From Paraphysomonas bandaiensis (Eukaryota > Protista > Chrysophyceae): a stretch of DNA of 64,000 nt. A program made the translations under genes and the position numbers. Location of the stretch: contig CBFFRP010000247.1 in assembly GCA_965644295.1 (NCBI GenBank), forward strand, positions 62,001 through 126,000, given 5' to 3'. Below, one piece after another: positions 12,005 to 26,357 of the stretch. The stretch's first letter is position 1. The number at the start of each line of letters is the position of its first letter. A model generated the notes under the pieces. The model had not been told where the DNA came from. It saw only the letters and a list, made by a program, of their open reading frames with translations, and did no database searches.

Positions 12005-12608
12005 CAGGGCCTGGTAACCATTAATCTCGCTTTATACACAAGGCGATCATTGTACAACAAATTAATGTGATACAGAGGATTCTCATAATCTACTCGGAAG
12101 AAGACTCAGACTGAAAATTGCACTGCCATCAATTTTTTTGGCCATCATCGTCGCTAAATATGCTGTATGGTATAAATACAGAGTATAATATTGCTTTGTT
12201 TAGTTGTGTACTGTAGCTTCTTTCAACTTTGGGGGAAAATAGTATTTTTATGAATGCTTTCTAGGTAACATATGCATATTATTTAAGAGTTTTTGGGCAT
12301 AAGAGTATGTTGCTATGGATATTGCTCAGGAAGCTATTCTCTAACTCTAGAGAGGATTGAGAAGATAGTGAACAAAGTTGCCACAAAGTACCTGTACAGT
12401 TGCATAAACATTGTTGTCTAATGTCTAATATTGTTTAGAGTTCCTTCGGAGTATAGAGGAGATACTGTATTATCTTAAAACTCTCAGCTCTATATATAGC
12501 AGTACAGGTCATTCATGGGATGCCATTAATGGTAGTCCGGTTCCCGAAAATTATAATGACATTACCATTAATGGTCCCTATTACCATATTAACGGTTACC
12601 AGGCCCTG
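12005..12608. mobile_element. Non-autonomous hAT element (MITE), 604 bp
   Basis: 21-bp TIRs CAGGGCCTGGTAACC(A/G)TTAAT with one mismatch; perfect 8-bp TSD CCCGGTGC at 11997-12004 and 12609-12616. Confidence 0.92.
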
Positions 12609-13195
12609 CCCGGTGCTAATATGAGCGCTCTGTTGAGCCCAATCAAGTAAAAAAAGCTTTCATTAAGACTAAATGGGGATAATCATTTATTGTCATTCGT
12701 TGCATATATATTCCCTCAACCCTCAACTACCAATCAATATTATCAGATTTTAGATAGTCACAATCATATGCAGTCACTTCATCTACTGCTTTCAACTACT
12801 GTATACTTCAATTAAGCAAATACCATTAAAATTACAACTAAAACTAAGCAAAATTTAACAATTTAAACCCTCTTTTCTGCCTCTGAAAGCTGATTGTATA
12901 GATAAAGTAACAGGAATTTACTCCTATGACTGGTGTTTACTTTTTCATCGTCACACTTCTACTAATTTAACAACAATGCGATCATATACTTCTTCAAGAT
13001 GATCTGGTGGCACAGTACCCAATATAATTATGGGGTAATATACCTCTAAATAAAAATATACAAGTAAAAATATAAATTTAAACCCTCCATTCCGCCTCGG
13101 AAAGTCGACTGTATAGATGAAGATACAGGAATTATTTCCTCTCTGATACAGCCATTAAAGATGACAGCGAATCCGTCTTATCAGTTTAATTTTTA

Positions 13196-16100
13196 TCATA
13201 TAAAAACAGACGACACAGAGCTGTCAGAGGAGCTCATGTATCGACTACTGTTTGCTAACGAGTTGGAGTATTCATCATGGGATCGAAAACTTCCACTGTG
13301 AGAGATGTCACAGTGATTATTGCCATGGTGATTGTTATCACTATCACAGTACGTCGACGACTCGGACGATGAAGTAACGTAGTGAACTTCACCAAGGAAT
13401 GACACCACACTACTCGAGGAAGAAGAATCCACCTGAAATCCGCCACACGGCTCACTCATATCTTCGAACTCCAACGCTTCGCCCCTGGCTTTTACCTCAT
13501 ACTCGCTGTCAGAGTGTGGGCAATCCAGCTCAGTGATTCTGGCCAGACGATTTCGCGCTCCCTCAATTCCAACTGGAACTTCCATACTGATATCACCATA
13601 TTCATCTCCAGTTGAGGAAGGAAAACTGCTAGCCCTCATTCTCACTGAGAGTACTTCGCACGCTGTCGATACGCCATCACTCTCACTGGCATTGTGAGAC
13701 AAGTTTCCATCACAGGAATTCAATGCTACTATCCGTGGTAGCTGCTGACCAGCTTTCATTCGGCTGGACTCATTGTCATATGGTTCAACTTCTGACGGTA
13801 CACTAACTATTGGCGTCACAGCATGAGCATCTGTCGTCAGCTCGGTAACGGAACGATTCGATACCACTCTCCTCACAACTTCAAATAAAATAATCCCCAG
13901 CAATAAATAGCCATACCATGGGTTGGACTGAATATTGGAAAATAGTACAAACACAAAAGCAACTATAATTGGCTGAACGGTATGAAGTATGACTCGCTGA
14001 AGGCGGATGTTTATGGTCCCAATATACTTGAACATTGTCACTAACATTGCAACAACACTAACACGTCTTAAGAATCCCATTACACCCCGCCGTGTACGAT
14101 TCCTAGAGCGCTTTAACCCAAAAACATTTTCACTGGTATTTTCTCGCCAATCGCGGCCCATACGTGATGGTGGATAGTAAGAGTGAAATGCCAGCACAAT
14201 TGAACTCTCAAATAAATCATTGAAGTTTTCAGCCACTCTAGTGCTCACGAAGAAATATGAAGGGGTGTCTAGTAAGGGCGGTTTTCTCTTCGCTGGCGAA
14301 AATGCATAATCAATAGTCCCAGTCAGGGCCGTAATCATACGCTCCACATCAGCACTGACAAGCTAGCAGAGACATTAACACGCTACACATTTTATACAGT
14401 CACTTACTTGCGGGATACCATAATTAATCCATATGCATTCCGAGGTCTCATAGAACAAAACTTCAATGATAAACTGTATAGCGCACGCTATACAGTACCC
14501 TTTCTGCCATCCAAATGTTCTTGACATACTTCGAAGGATGGCAAAGTAGGCAAAAAATAAGTTCAAAAAGACAACACAAATCCATGCCAGAATCTTTGCT
14601 GTCTTGGTGACTACAAATGAGTGCTTGAAACTGCAAATCGAAAACTTACACAACAGTAGTATGGTAGACTAAAATCTACTTACTCCTCTTCAGTTTTTGT
14701 TTGAAATATTCTTCCAGCTGGACTATTTCGTCCGAGGAGATCGATTACAAACAGATGAAGCAGTTCTAATCCTAAACACATACAACATAACAACAATATA
14801 TTCGCCGCAATTACAACTACATTGCCGTACCGATATGGACATCTGTTGCGGTGCGTAGTTTATTGAACTTTTCGTGACATATAGATGATACGTTCTTAAT
14901 TTCCAAGTCAATCAAACTTTCAATCGATGGTGTACACGGCAATGCCCACGTCCGATCAGTCCTAAAAAAACCGGCTTTAGCGTCCCAACTTTAAGTAACA
15001 GTTAGTCATATACAGAGTTAAATTAAGTAGTCCTACCCCCAGCGATCATCAAAATCTCGAAGATATTTTCCAGTTAATTTGGCACGTTGATCGTTAAAAT
15101 CTTCCAAAAAATGGTCAAATGTAACTGAATCAAACTTCTCATTGGCAATTATTTCAGGACCAACTGATGACGTCGATCGAATTTCATGAGATGACATCTT
15201 GCCGTACCGTCTCTCCACTTTAGCTATTCTTCTACGCTCTTTTTTGCTACAGACAATGGCATCGAGACTAACTGTGCTGGACTGACTCAGAACTTTAGAT
15301 TCCCCCCTTTCAGGATCTTCAAGGATACCCACACTCGAAAGACGTTTTAAGGAGGTTCCTAGTGCACCCCTGGCTACAGCATGACTACTTATTACTGCGG
15401 GAGGCAGTGTGCGAGTAGTTACGTCAAGTATTAACGAGCTCTTGAGTCGAGTTAATCCCCAAGCCTTTTTCGTTTTCGCTTTACCCATACTATTAACAGC
15501 CGCATGCACGGAAGACGTAGCGACATTGGATGCTCTTCGTGCTACCTGGCTCATTCGGCGTCCCACACTCTGAACCATAGAATCTACTTTATTCTCATCC
15601 GCAGTTGGGGCACTCAATATGTCCTGTCGTATCGCACACATTATTTAAATATAAGAATGCAATAATTTACTTCAAACCTCGAAGAGAAAATCAACAACCA
15701 GATTGATGGGTGCGGTGAGAACAGCTATCAGCACTGATATTATAACAATGACCTATCAAATCCGTTAATAGAAAACATACTTCATGCGCGTAATACTGCA
15801 CCTTATAGGATATCGTTGGCTCCACCCATACACATGAGCCACTGCCATCGTCGCTAAGATTCCACTCACATGTGGTCGTACTTGTATCGAACATGGACCG
15901 TTCCGACAAACATGATTTCTCGTCTACGTATGTACCACATGTGCCATCATCAGTGGGGTACTCCACATCATAAAAAATTGCAATTAAAAACATAAGCATT
16001 GTTTGCACAGTTAACACATGCAGCCCAGCTTGTAACCGTCTTTCTTCAGCATCCGGTCCACTGGCCAAAAACATAACAACGTATCTATACAGTTGATTAT

Positions 16101-19100
16101 ACAAAAAAGTGGAATAGTGTAAAGTCAGTATAAACCTGTGGTGCTTTGCCACCTCGGAAACTAGACACTGCCATAAAGAGTCATGGGACTGAAACACAGA
16201 CGGCACAAGTTCCCTGCGTTGCACCAATAAAGAGGTACTATATACATGCTTAAACGCAATACCTGATGTAATTCAGCAAATATTTTTTCTGTACACTTCT
16301 GTCACTCTCCTCTATGCCACTCTTCGTAGTTCGATTACCAACTACTGATTCGTGTCTGACCTTGTTTCTTTTATGCGTGAACGAAACGCGAGTTAGTTCT
16401 AGCATAGAAACCAAACCCACTGCCCACAAAGAAAAGAACATGATGATCACTAGTAATACGTCCCTATAAATGGTGTGACACGTGAATTGAATTGCAAATA
16501 TGTAAATACCTAACTCCAGCAGCTGTGACATTATCCGACTCTAAAATAGTTTCAACGAAATCAGCGTATGTGCTTTCCATTATAGCAACAACTTCCATTG
16601 ACCCAGATGAGCGTACGGCGTCATCGCTAGTTGATGATAGTAATCGTTTCGATTGCGCATAGTTGATCACGCATCGACATGTTGTATTGGTCTCGGTGAA
16701 GCCAACCACTTCGCAGGTCTTGCTGTCAGAAATCATAACTCCACCAACAATGATACGACACTCTGGTATTGTCTGAAAGAAAGGACAAGTGGTCTTCAGC
16801 ACTCTTGGAGTTCCGGTGCACTCGTGGGATACAATAAAATTTGATCCCGGACAGGTATAGTTGTGTACGCTGTGCTCGTAATCTAAACAGCTCGTCATGA
16901 ATGACGTATTCGTGGTGTTAAATAAGCTGCCATGTAAGGGTTGGTGATTTCTCAGTACCACCATAACTTCCTCGAAAGCTTTTCCACTGCCGGGGGTCGT
17001 AATTCGAATATTTATCGGATTGGAGGTAAAATTAGAACTGTTTTGATATAGCTTAGCTGCGCTTTCAATAACACTCACAGCGACAGAAGATACACTATCT
17101 GCCTTACTCCCATTGATTATAACCACAGACTTCTGAATATCAAGAGCCTCCTCTTCACCTGTTCGTGGTAATGTAACTGCATACCCACTCCCATCCAATG
17201 ATCGCACAGTAGATAGTAGCCGTGATAATGACTGTACATAAGCTACATCTTTCTGCCCAGCCACCATCTGTGAAGAAATTAAATCAGAGTACTTGTCGAT
17301 CAGTTCGGCGGACGATGTCCAGTTGCTGAAGGCAGTTAACCGTCGTTGAGATGAAGGGTTTGTAACAATCAAGGAGCACGTATCAATCGGTTTATATACG
17401 TCAACCTCCTCATATGCCATTTCGAGTATACTAGCACTATCAAGCAAGAAGTGCACAATTTCATACAATACGGCGCATGCGTCGGGAGTCAGCTCCGCTG
17501 GAATCGCCGACAATTGATACACCGTCGAAAGTGCGCTTACAACGTTAACCGAGGTAACATCACTGGACATTATAGTTGTTAACGCAGAGTCAATCAATTG
17601 CCACCTGGACTGTTGCATGATTTCAAGCACCTCAGTTGATGTATCACAAGCGTCACCAGAAAAGCCATCATCACAAAAACAGACAGCTCGACAAGAAACA
17701 TCATCAGCTCGACAACCATTTATGACATTTCCCGTCGAAATATCTTCCATTTGGCATGTCCCCCTACTGGTACAATTACGAGGACATTCCTTCCACATGT
17801 ACTCGCAAACTTGCTCTGTACAACTCTGATACATTCCACAGTCACTATTTGTACTACATGGCAATCCCATTGTGTCAATATGTGAAGATTTTGAATAACA
17901 CACAGAATTTGCATCTCCTTCTGCTCCAAAGTATCCAGTCCAGCATTTACCACAGGAATGGGACGTAGAACCACAACCATACCGATGCAGGGAAGCGCAA
18001 TCAGGAGCTAGAGAGCAGTTAACTGCGTTGATGATGCCAGTCAGAACAGCAATAGTCTGTGTCATCGTATCTATACTACTTTCACTTTCCATTAAAAGAT
18101 CGACAACAATAGACGACAGGTCTTCCGGGGTCGAAGTAACTGGCTCAACAGTTACAGTGTAAAACTCCACAGCACTGGCATCCAATAAATTGTACACGGT
18201 AACTTGACAACTCACACTATGATTCACACTGGGAGAGCCTGCGGGAAGAGTGCTGCTGATGTATGTCAACTCCGACCTCGCGTGCAGCGTCAACAGATCA
18301 CCACTGGCAGAAAAGTAGCCAAATGAATACGTCAGTGGCAGCTCTGAATCTGTCCACTGTGATGCCATCATCATGAACTTGTCTTGCAGTTCATAGCCAC
18401 TTGTGGGGTCAACCACGAAGCTGCCAGGTGAAGGGGGACCCACAACATCCACAGTCACGGATGATGAAGCACTCCCCACGGAGCAGGTAAACGTAAAAGA
18501 AGCTCCCATATAGAGCGTACTACCTCCCAATACAAGATTGAACGCAGTCAATCTACCTGGTGTAACTACTCTGCTAACCGGTGTCAACGCTGATGACACC
18601 AAATCGATGCTGTCATCGTTAATGGACCACTCAGCTGTAGTTGAGGAGAATACTTCGACAAGAGCCTGTACTTTAATCTTTTCCGCGTACTTCACTTTTC
18701 TCGACGACAATGACAAGGAAACTTTGGGAGAGAGTGGTGGGGCGATTCTGACAGTCACAACAGCCACATCAGAGCGGTCATAGGAACCAGATACTGTCAA
18801 GGTCACAACGGTTTCTGTGTTCACCAGTGACTCTGAATTAGCAGTGACGGTCACAGTGTCGAGACTTTCACCGGGAGTCAAAGTTAATCCACACCCAGCC
18901 CTGCTACTACTGACAGAGTCTGTGCAGCTCCACGACAATGAAAGGCCAGCTGCCTCACCAGCGACATCATACATATCATTGTCATAACTTCCAGATCCAT
19001 CCAGCACAAGGGATTCCCCATACTGTATAGTCTGAACTGAGCCCCCTTCAATAACAGCGACTACAGATGACCGTAGAACGCTGACTTCAATTGATGACGA

Positions 19101-22100
19101 AGCGCTAACCTTCGATGCATCGTGCATGACATTCAGGACTATAGTATACACTTCTCCCACATCGAGAGAATATGGCAATAATTTGAACTTGGACGAATCG
19201 GGGATGGAGCTAATAAGATTGTCCTGCTTAGTCCCATTCTTTTCAACAAACCATGAATAAGATAGTCCCCTTTGAGTTTTATCAGCCCCGCAGCTTGCAG
19301 TATATGCACGAGATGATAACACCAGCGGATATTGTCGATACACATTTCTTTGAGTCTGACCGACTATAGTCGCAACAGGAACGCTTGTGGCCTTGACAGC
19401 AACATTGTGGGTAGCGGAACTGCATTTCTGAAGAAAGTTGCACAGTCTAATCTCGAAAGTGTATACCTCATTGGCTTTGAGGTACGAACCAGGGAGGGGT
19501 GTGGGAGGTGTATACTTGTATACACTATGATAGAAACGCCTGATTTCAGAAGCATTCTGAAGAGAATACGAGGAATTGGAAGAGCTGATCACATCCACAG
19601 AAAACTCGTACCACTCACGCCCACCCGAACCACTTGACCCTGAAATATCCATAACAAAATCATCGCACTGCCCGAGAGTAGATGGCGCGGATATGGACAC
19701 CATTGGAGATATGGGGTTTGGAGGAGGCAGTACGACGCATGACTGAGAACTAGCTGTTGCCCATCCTGAGCACTCGACTTTACTGGCTCCTGAAAGACAC
19801 TTCGCACGAAGTATGCCCCCTTTCATAGTGAGGGAAGCACCAACATCTAGACTACATGAAGCTGAATGAAGCCACACTGTCGATGCACTTTCCTTCCAGC
19901 GGCATACAGCGCTAGAAGACCCATTAAAATCGAAAAGTTGTGAGCATTGAAACTGGTTACCAAGTCCACCCATATCTGAGGCAGCATCAAGCACAAGAAT
20001 CGCATAGCTTCCATCATTAGAAAGAGTGCAGTTCTTAACTTTTGGAGGCACCACGGGTACGACAGTGGGATTGAAAGTAGGAGAAAATGTAGGAAACCGA
20101 GTTGGTGAAATGGTATCACTGAGAAGAGTAGGCTTATGTGTTGGTCGCAACGTCGGGGAAATGATGGGAATACGAGAGAGAGAAGTGGTTGGAGTGCTGC
20201 TAGGGTGGCCATTCGGCTCGTATGTTGAACGCTCTGATGGTATTGCCGTAGGAGCGCAGCTTGACGAAGGAGCTGAAGTAGGCACAAAGGATGGTGCTGA
20301 GAAAGTTTGAGTGGGTGGGTGGCTTGGTAGACCAGTTGGCACCACTAAAGGCAGAAAACTGGGTACATTCGTGAGAACATATGACGGATGCATTGTTGAA
20401 AAGTGAGGAGGGCGACCAGAAGGTGTTACAGTAGGATTGGTAGTTGCCATCCATGAAGGCTGTTCGGAAAGCTTCCTCGTGGGATATCCTGACGGTGAAC
20501 CTGTCTGCCCGGATGGATGACAAGAAGGCTGCCCAGATAGTTGTCCCGAAGGGGTTTTAAAAGGTAAACCAGTAGGTTGTTCTAAAGGTCGACTGGTAGG
20601 GTATCCAGAAGGTTCTCCCGAAGGCAGCGATAAAGGTGCACCAGTAGGATGTTCTGAAGGTTGAGTAGTAGGTTGTCCAGACGGTTCTCCCGAAGGCAGC
20701 GATGAAGGCTGACTAGTAGGCAGCCATGAGGGTTCACCAGTTGGCTGACCTGACGGTACCCCAGTTGGCAGGTATGTCGGAATTCCCGTTGGATGCAATG
20801 ATGGTTGGTAAGAAGGATGCTCTGAGGGTTGTCCTGACGGTTCTCCCGAAGGCAGCGATGAAGGTGCACCAGTAGGATGTTCTGAAGGTTGAGTAGTAGG
20901 TTGTCCAGACGGTTCTCCCGAAGGCAGCGATGAAGGCTGACTAGTAGGCAGCCATGAGGGTTCACCAGTAGGCTGACCTGACGGTACCCCAGTTGGCAGG
21001 TATGTCGGAATTCCCGTTGGATGCAATGATGGTTGGTAAGAAGGATGCTCTGAGGGTTGTCCTGACGGCTCTCCCGAAGGCAGCGATGAAGGCTGACTAG
21101 TAGGCAGCCATGAGGGTTCACCAGTTGGCTGACCTGACGGTACCCCAGTTGGCAGGTTTGTCGGAATTCCCGTTGGATGCAATGATGGTTGGTAAGAAGG
21201 ATGCTCTGAAGGTTGTCCAGACGGCTCTCCCGAAGGCAGCGATGAAGGCTGACTAGTAGGCAGCCATGAGGGTTCACCAGTAGGCTGACCTGACGGTACC
21301 CCAGTTGGCAGGTTTGTCGGAATTCCCGTTGGATGCAATGATGGTTGGTAAGAAGGATGCTCTGAGGGTTGTCCAGACGGTTTTCCTGAAGGGTGGAGAC
21401 TTGGCGCAGTGGGAATAGCAGTGGGGGAGATCGTAGGGGCAAATGACGGAGGAGCAGATGGTATTCTGCACTCATGATGAGACGTCTGAGTCAAATAGAA
21501 AACTTCCATTCCAGAAATATCACAAAGACCAGGAGGAAAGTCCCCATTCAAATTATTAGAGTCCAACCTGAGTGACCGTATCGAAATTAAATTCGCATAA
21601 GTCGAAGGCACACTTCCAGATAGGTAATTCCCATTCAACTGAAATACTTCCATACGACTGAGGACCCCAAAAGCCGAAGGTAGAGTTCCAGATAAAACGT
21701 TGTTAGCCGCACTGAGAATCCGTAGGCTCGTCAGTGTACTGAATTCAGTGGAAGGGGCCCAGTGAGAAGATTATTATAAAGTCGAATAAAACATAAACCT
21801 ACAATTTCACCTAAAGTCGATGGAATAGCTCCATAAAGCATGTTCGACTCCAATCTCAGACTTGTAAGATCAGACATTAAACCATTCAATGGGGGTATCA
21901 CTCCACTCAGACGATTGCTCCCTAAGTCAATTTTGTTTAATTTAATCATATCCACAATCCCCATCGGAATAGTTCCTTGCAAAGAATTATTACCAAAATC
22001 AAGTACTCTGAGATTTGACAACGAAGTTATGGAATCGGGAACGTCACCAGTGATATTGTTCGATTTGAAATTCAATTCTGTTAGTTTCGTCAATGACCCT

Positions 22101-23468
22101 ATGGATGATGGCAGCGTGCCACTCAAACCACGTGAACTCAAATCTATACTGATTATTGACCCATCGCTAAAGCCGAGTCCATCCCATGTCGTTCTTTCAT
22201 AGGTATTGGTACAACTCCAGCTCGGGTGCACAATACTCACACTGGTGAAAGTGACCATATCACACAGAAAGTTCAGCTCGGCAGCACTATAGGGTGAAAT
22301 CGTAGGAGAACTTGTCGGCAAACTAGTAGGAAGAGTTGGTAGGCCACTGACCTTGGCAATACGATGGCCATACATACTACAAACTAACATGAATGACTCG
22401 TCATCAGCAATAGCAAGGGAACCAGGGGATGCAATGGAGGCATTGGTACCTACACCTTCCACATTCTCATCGGTCATGGTTCCAACGACCCTTGTCACCT
22501 GCAGGGTAACCAAATCAATGTGCCGAATGGCATGTCCACCTAGTTCAGACACATATGCCACAGTGTCCGATTGGGATAGAATCACCGATGATGGGGACGA
22601 AAAAGTAGCTGAAGTTCCCACACCATCCAACATACCCTGCGAACCTGATCCTGCAATGGTAGTAACCATATATGTCGATAATACCATCTTACGCATACGG
22701 TTACCATGAAATTCTGTTATCAATATAAAAGATTCGTCAGAGGATATGCACATTCCCATGGGATTTTGGAATTGAGCATTCGTACCAATACCATCGGCAT
22801 TTCCATCCGTGCCGCCTGCAATGGTTGTGATCACTTCGTTGCTCAGCACGAGTTTCCGAATACGATTATTATTTCTGTCAAGAATAAGGGCATACGTATC
22901 GTTCCCAGATAGTACTATATCTCGTGGGCTATTGAAATTAGTTGTTGCATTAGCAACTGGTTGATGAAGAGTAGTGACTTGCCCAGTTGATAAAAATTTT
23001 CGTATATAGTGACTGTCAAAGTCAGCCACCAGTGCGAAGCTATTGTCCGAAGATACCGCTAATCCATATGGTGCCACAAATTGTGCATTGGTTCCAACAC
23101 CATCAGTGTTACCAATGCTTCCATTTCCAGCTAATGTGGTTACTGCCATTGTAGCCATATCGATTTTACGTATTCGGGTATATTCACCAATCAGTGCATA
23201 TTGATCCGAGGAGTATAACTTCACGGCTGCGGGTCGGACAAACGTTGAGTTTGTCCCAATCGCATCATAGTGTCCCTCTTCACCGTTTCCAGCTATAAAA
23301 GTGAGCGAATAGAGTTGTTGATGAGATAAGTGACGATGTAACTCAGATATATTATGGCCTAATCAATCATATGATCATTATGTTAGTATGATAACACGAA
23401 CCATTACCTTGAGATGGTTGATATCCCATAACAGCCACGCAGAGGAACAGACACAACTCATGCAGCAT
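13196..23468 (-). CDS. Very large multi-exon surface receptor: signal peptide, NHL beta-propeller, LRRs, P(S/T)xx stalk, PKD/REJ-like domain, EGF-like Cys clusters, multi-TM C-terminus
   Basis: Exon 1 (23468-23408) encodes MLHELCLFLCVAVMG, followed by a 49-nt GT-AG intron. NHL repeats (TLAG.G..G..DG.GT.A.F..P) and LRRs (LSGTLPSSIGSLTKL). REJ-like LVLDGSGSYD and LPLTYSFGY. TM-rich downstream exons correspond to ORFs 16250, 15691, 15033, 14375 and 13196. One frameshift near 21750. Internal 3' exon boundaries are approximate. Confidence 0.8.
20590..21390 (-). repeat. Coding minisatellite: 12-nt (PSxx/PTxx) units arranged into a 156-nt higher-order repeat
   Basis: Marker AAGAAGGATGCTCTGA recurs at about 21350, 21194, 21038 and 20810 (spacing 156, 156, 228). 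Confidence 0.9.
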
Positions 23469-23833
23469 ATCAGTGGATGAGCAGAGCACTGGGACTGAAG
23501 AGGCTGAAGAGTGTCTGATCTGATGAGAGTGTGTATATGTGTGTTTGTTAGTTGTGTTTAACCATCACACTCACTCTTGTTATGTATACATATCTCCGTA
23601 TAGTCGCATGTGTTTTTGTAGCATATGCCTCATGCTGGTCAATCTCATCTTTTAGTGCGAGGTGTGTTGAGGGTATCTCTGTGTATTCTGGAATTGCAGT
23701 GAAAAACAGGAATTCTGTCTGTGGGAAAAGTCGATCCAGCAGAATATGTCGATCCAGCAAAAAAAAATAGACCTTTTTTCGTTATTTCTCTGAAATATAT
23801 TCGTCAAAAAACAACATGCATCAAAATTCAATT

Positions 23834-23999
23834 CCTAGGAGACGTTTCATTTCTTTTTTTTTTTTGTATTGTGTTTTTCGTATGGAACATGAGTGTAGAG
23901 CTTTGAAATTATAGTCAAAATGAGTACAATTTTTTTATTTCGAGTGGGACCAAATACAGTCCGACAAGTGGAGGGCTGGTCCAAAAAACGTCTCCTAGG
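23834..23999. mobile_element. Small MITE-like element
   Basis: 14-bp perfect inverted repeats CCTAGGAGACGTTT / AAACGTCTCCTAGG; readable as a TA duplication plus 10-bp TIRs. Confidence 0.55.
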
Positions 24000-24022
24000 G
24001 GGAAAATGTAGGAAAAAACTCA

Positions 24023-24507
24023 ATACATACATACATACATACATACATACATACATACATACATACATACATACATACATACATACATACATACATACAT
24101 ACATACATACATACATACATACATACATACATACATACATACATACATACATACATACATACATACATACATACATACATACATACATACATACATACAT
24201 ACATACATACATACATACATACATACATACATACATACATACATACATACATACATACATACATACATACATACATACATACATACATACATACATACAT
24301 ACATACATACATACATACATACATACATACATACATACATACATACATACATACATACATACATACATACATACATACATACATACATACATACATACAT
24401 ACATACATACATACATACATACATACATACATACATACATACATACATACATACATACATACATACATACATACATACATACATACATACATACATACAT
24501 ACATACA
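24023..24507. repeat. (ATAC)n microsatellite, ~120 units
   Basis: Perfect tetramer array ending ~55 bp before the glycosyltransferase-like ATG. Confidence 0.99.
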
Positions 24508-24560
24508 CTCTTCTCTTGGTATGGTTGGTATCTTCATGGTATCTCATCCCCACCCTCTTA

Positions 24561-26357
24561 ATGTTCTTCCCCCTCTTCCTCTCTCTCCTCCTCATTCCCT
24601 GTAACCCCACTCCTGTCCCTCTCTCTCCTTCCTCTCCTCTATCTCTCTTATCTCTATCTATCGATCTATTATCATCTACTAACTGGTCTATTCCCCCCTA
24701 TACACCATACCTCCCCTCATCTTTATGCCACATACGTTTATATGGCATAGCGCTCCTCTCTCATGTCGCCAGTCATCAGGGAAGTGGTGTGGGGTGTCTC
24801 ATAGAGGACATAGATGGACGGCCACTGCTATCTCAGTGCTCTCATAGTGCACACGTGCAGTGCTATTATGTCACTAGTTATAAGCGAGTAAGTTATGGTT
24901 CTGTGAATGGCATGTTACTTCCTTATTGCGGTGTGATACAGGATTATCCAGCAACGACTAGTGTTGCTGTGGTCTGTCCGGTGCTGCATGATCATCCTTC
25001 TAGCTACTTATGCAGTAAAGGTGATGATTTGCCCAGACAGTTTAGGCTTCTTTTACTACCAGGCGGTACGAAAAGTATTAGGGATGGAGGGAGGGTGCTT
25101 GAATCAAATTTTACTTCGCATACAGCATCAGAGCGCACTGGACAAGTGGAGGGAGCGTCTCCATCCCTGCAACGACGCTTCCGCTCACAGTCATCCCACC
25201 ATGCTGTATGCACTGTGCAGGTGTTTCAGAACAAGCTCACTGGGGCCAGACTTTTTCTTTTTGCATCATACTACCTCAAAATGGGATGGACCGTAATTGT
25301 GTACGACAGGTATGGGTTGCACTGGGAGCACTTGCGTGAGTTCTCCAGTAACATTCGGTTTAATTATCACCCGTACACGGCTTTCCAGCTTGTACTGCCA
25401 GATCTATATCGTTCCCCTAAGTCTCCTGACATGGATGTACTTTATTATTTTAGTAAGGACGCACACGGAGAGAGTTCTCGTCTGCTGCCTCACGAGGAGC
25501 TACAGAATCAAGATAGCGACAAACAAAAAACTTATGACCTGTCCCGTATGGAGTATGTACACGCACCATCTGTTCTTTTTGTGGATGCTGATGAGCTGTT
25601 GTTCTGCCCTTCAGTCCAAGAATCCCTCTTATCTCAGCGCCGTTACCAGCGAACCTTCTTAGACGGTCTCAGAGAAAAAGGTATACAAGAGGTGCATCTT
25701 CCGAGGAATAATTATTTCTTTCGCTTACCCCGAGATGTGGGACCAATTACAGAGGTGCGGTATCGGCAGGCAAAGGAAAGTGACGCAGATGGAGCTGACA
25801 TATCTTCCTCCAAAGCAATCAACAGCAGTAGAGAAATGATACCGTACGTGTTTGTCAACAGCACGCAGTGGACTTCCCAGTGCATACTTAGAGGATATGC
25901 CCGCAAAAGTGTAGCAGATATGCTAGGGTGTTGGACTCGACAATTTAGGCACTCCTACTACCCAAAGCACATTGATTTTTACAGCCCTTGTCCTTTTCAC
26001 TGGAATCATCTATCTTGTCATAACAACATAGAAGCGAGTCATATTTCGAACAGTAGACTTATGTAGGATTTTGTGACCATTTGCTCTAGTACTTTTGTTC
26101 TAATAGCACCGTGCAGGTGTACATGTAACGCTTATGCTCTTCACCGTAAGCCTTTCAAGGAAATATTCCATGGGTAGGTCCTTCACAGTGCATGTATATT
26201 GTTGTTGCTGAAAGTAATATGTGGCAGTTGTCACTTAATGCATCTGAATAAGATGGCAGCTGTGTACTCTGGAAAGACTGTGAAAGACGTTCAGGAACGG
26301 TCCGAAATAAATTTCACGCCATCGCTCAGGGCATATCCGATGTGGAAGGGTCACTGA
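24561..26357 (+). CDS. Secretory GT-A fold glycosyltransferase-like protein (GT92/DUF23-like)
   Basis: Hydrophobic N-terminus MFFPLFLSLLLIP; motif F..YY.KMGW.VIVYD; DxD motif VLFVDADELL; probably two short 3' GT-AG introns after ~26060. Confidence 0.6.

Noticed and set aside
20582-21475. 297-aa repetitive alternative-frame ORF, and a CRISPR-like reading of these repeats
   Set aside because: Shadow frame of the coding minisatellite; the repeats are contiguous with no unique spacers, in a eukaryotic gene
23847-24610. MYVC/HTYI repeat ORFs (also 46779-47949)
   Set aside because: Artefacts of the stop-free ATAC/GTAT microsatellites
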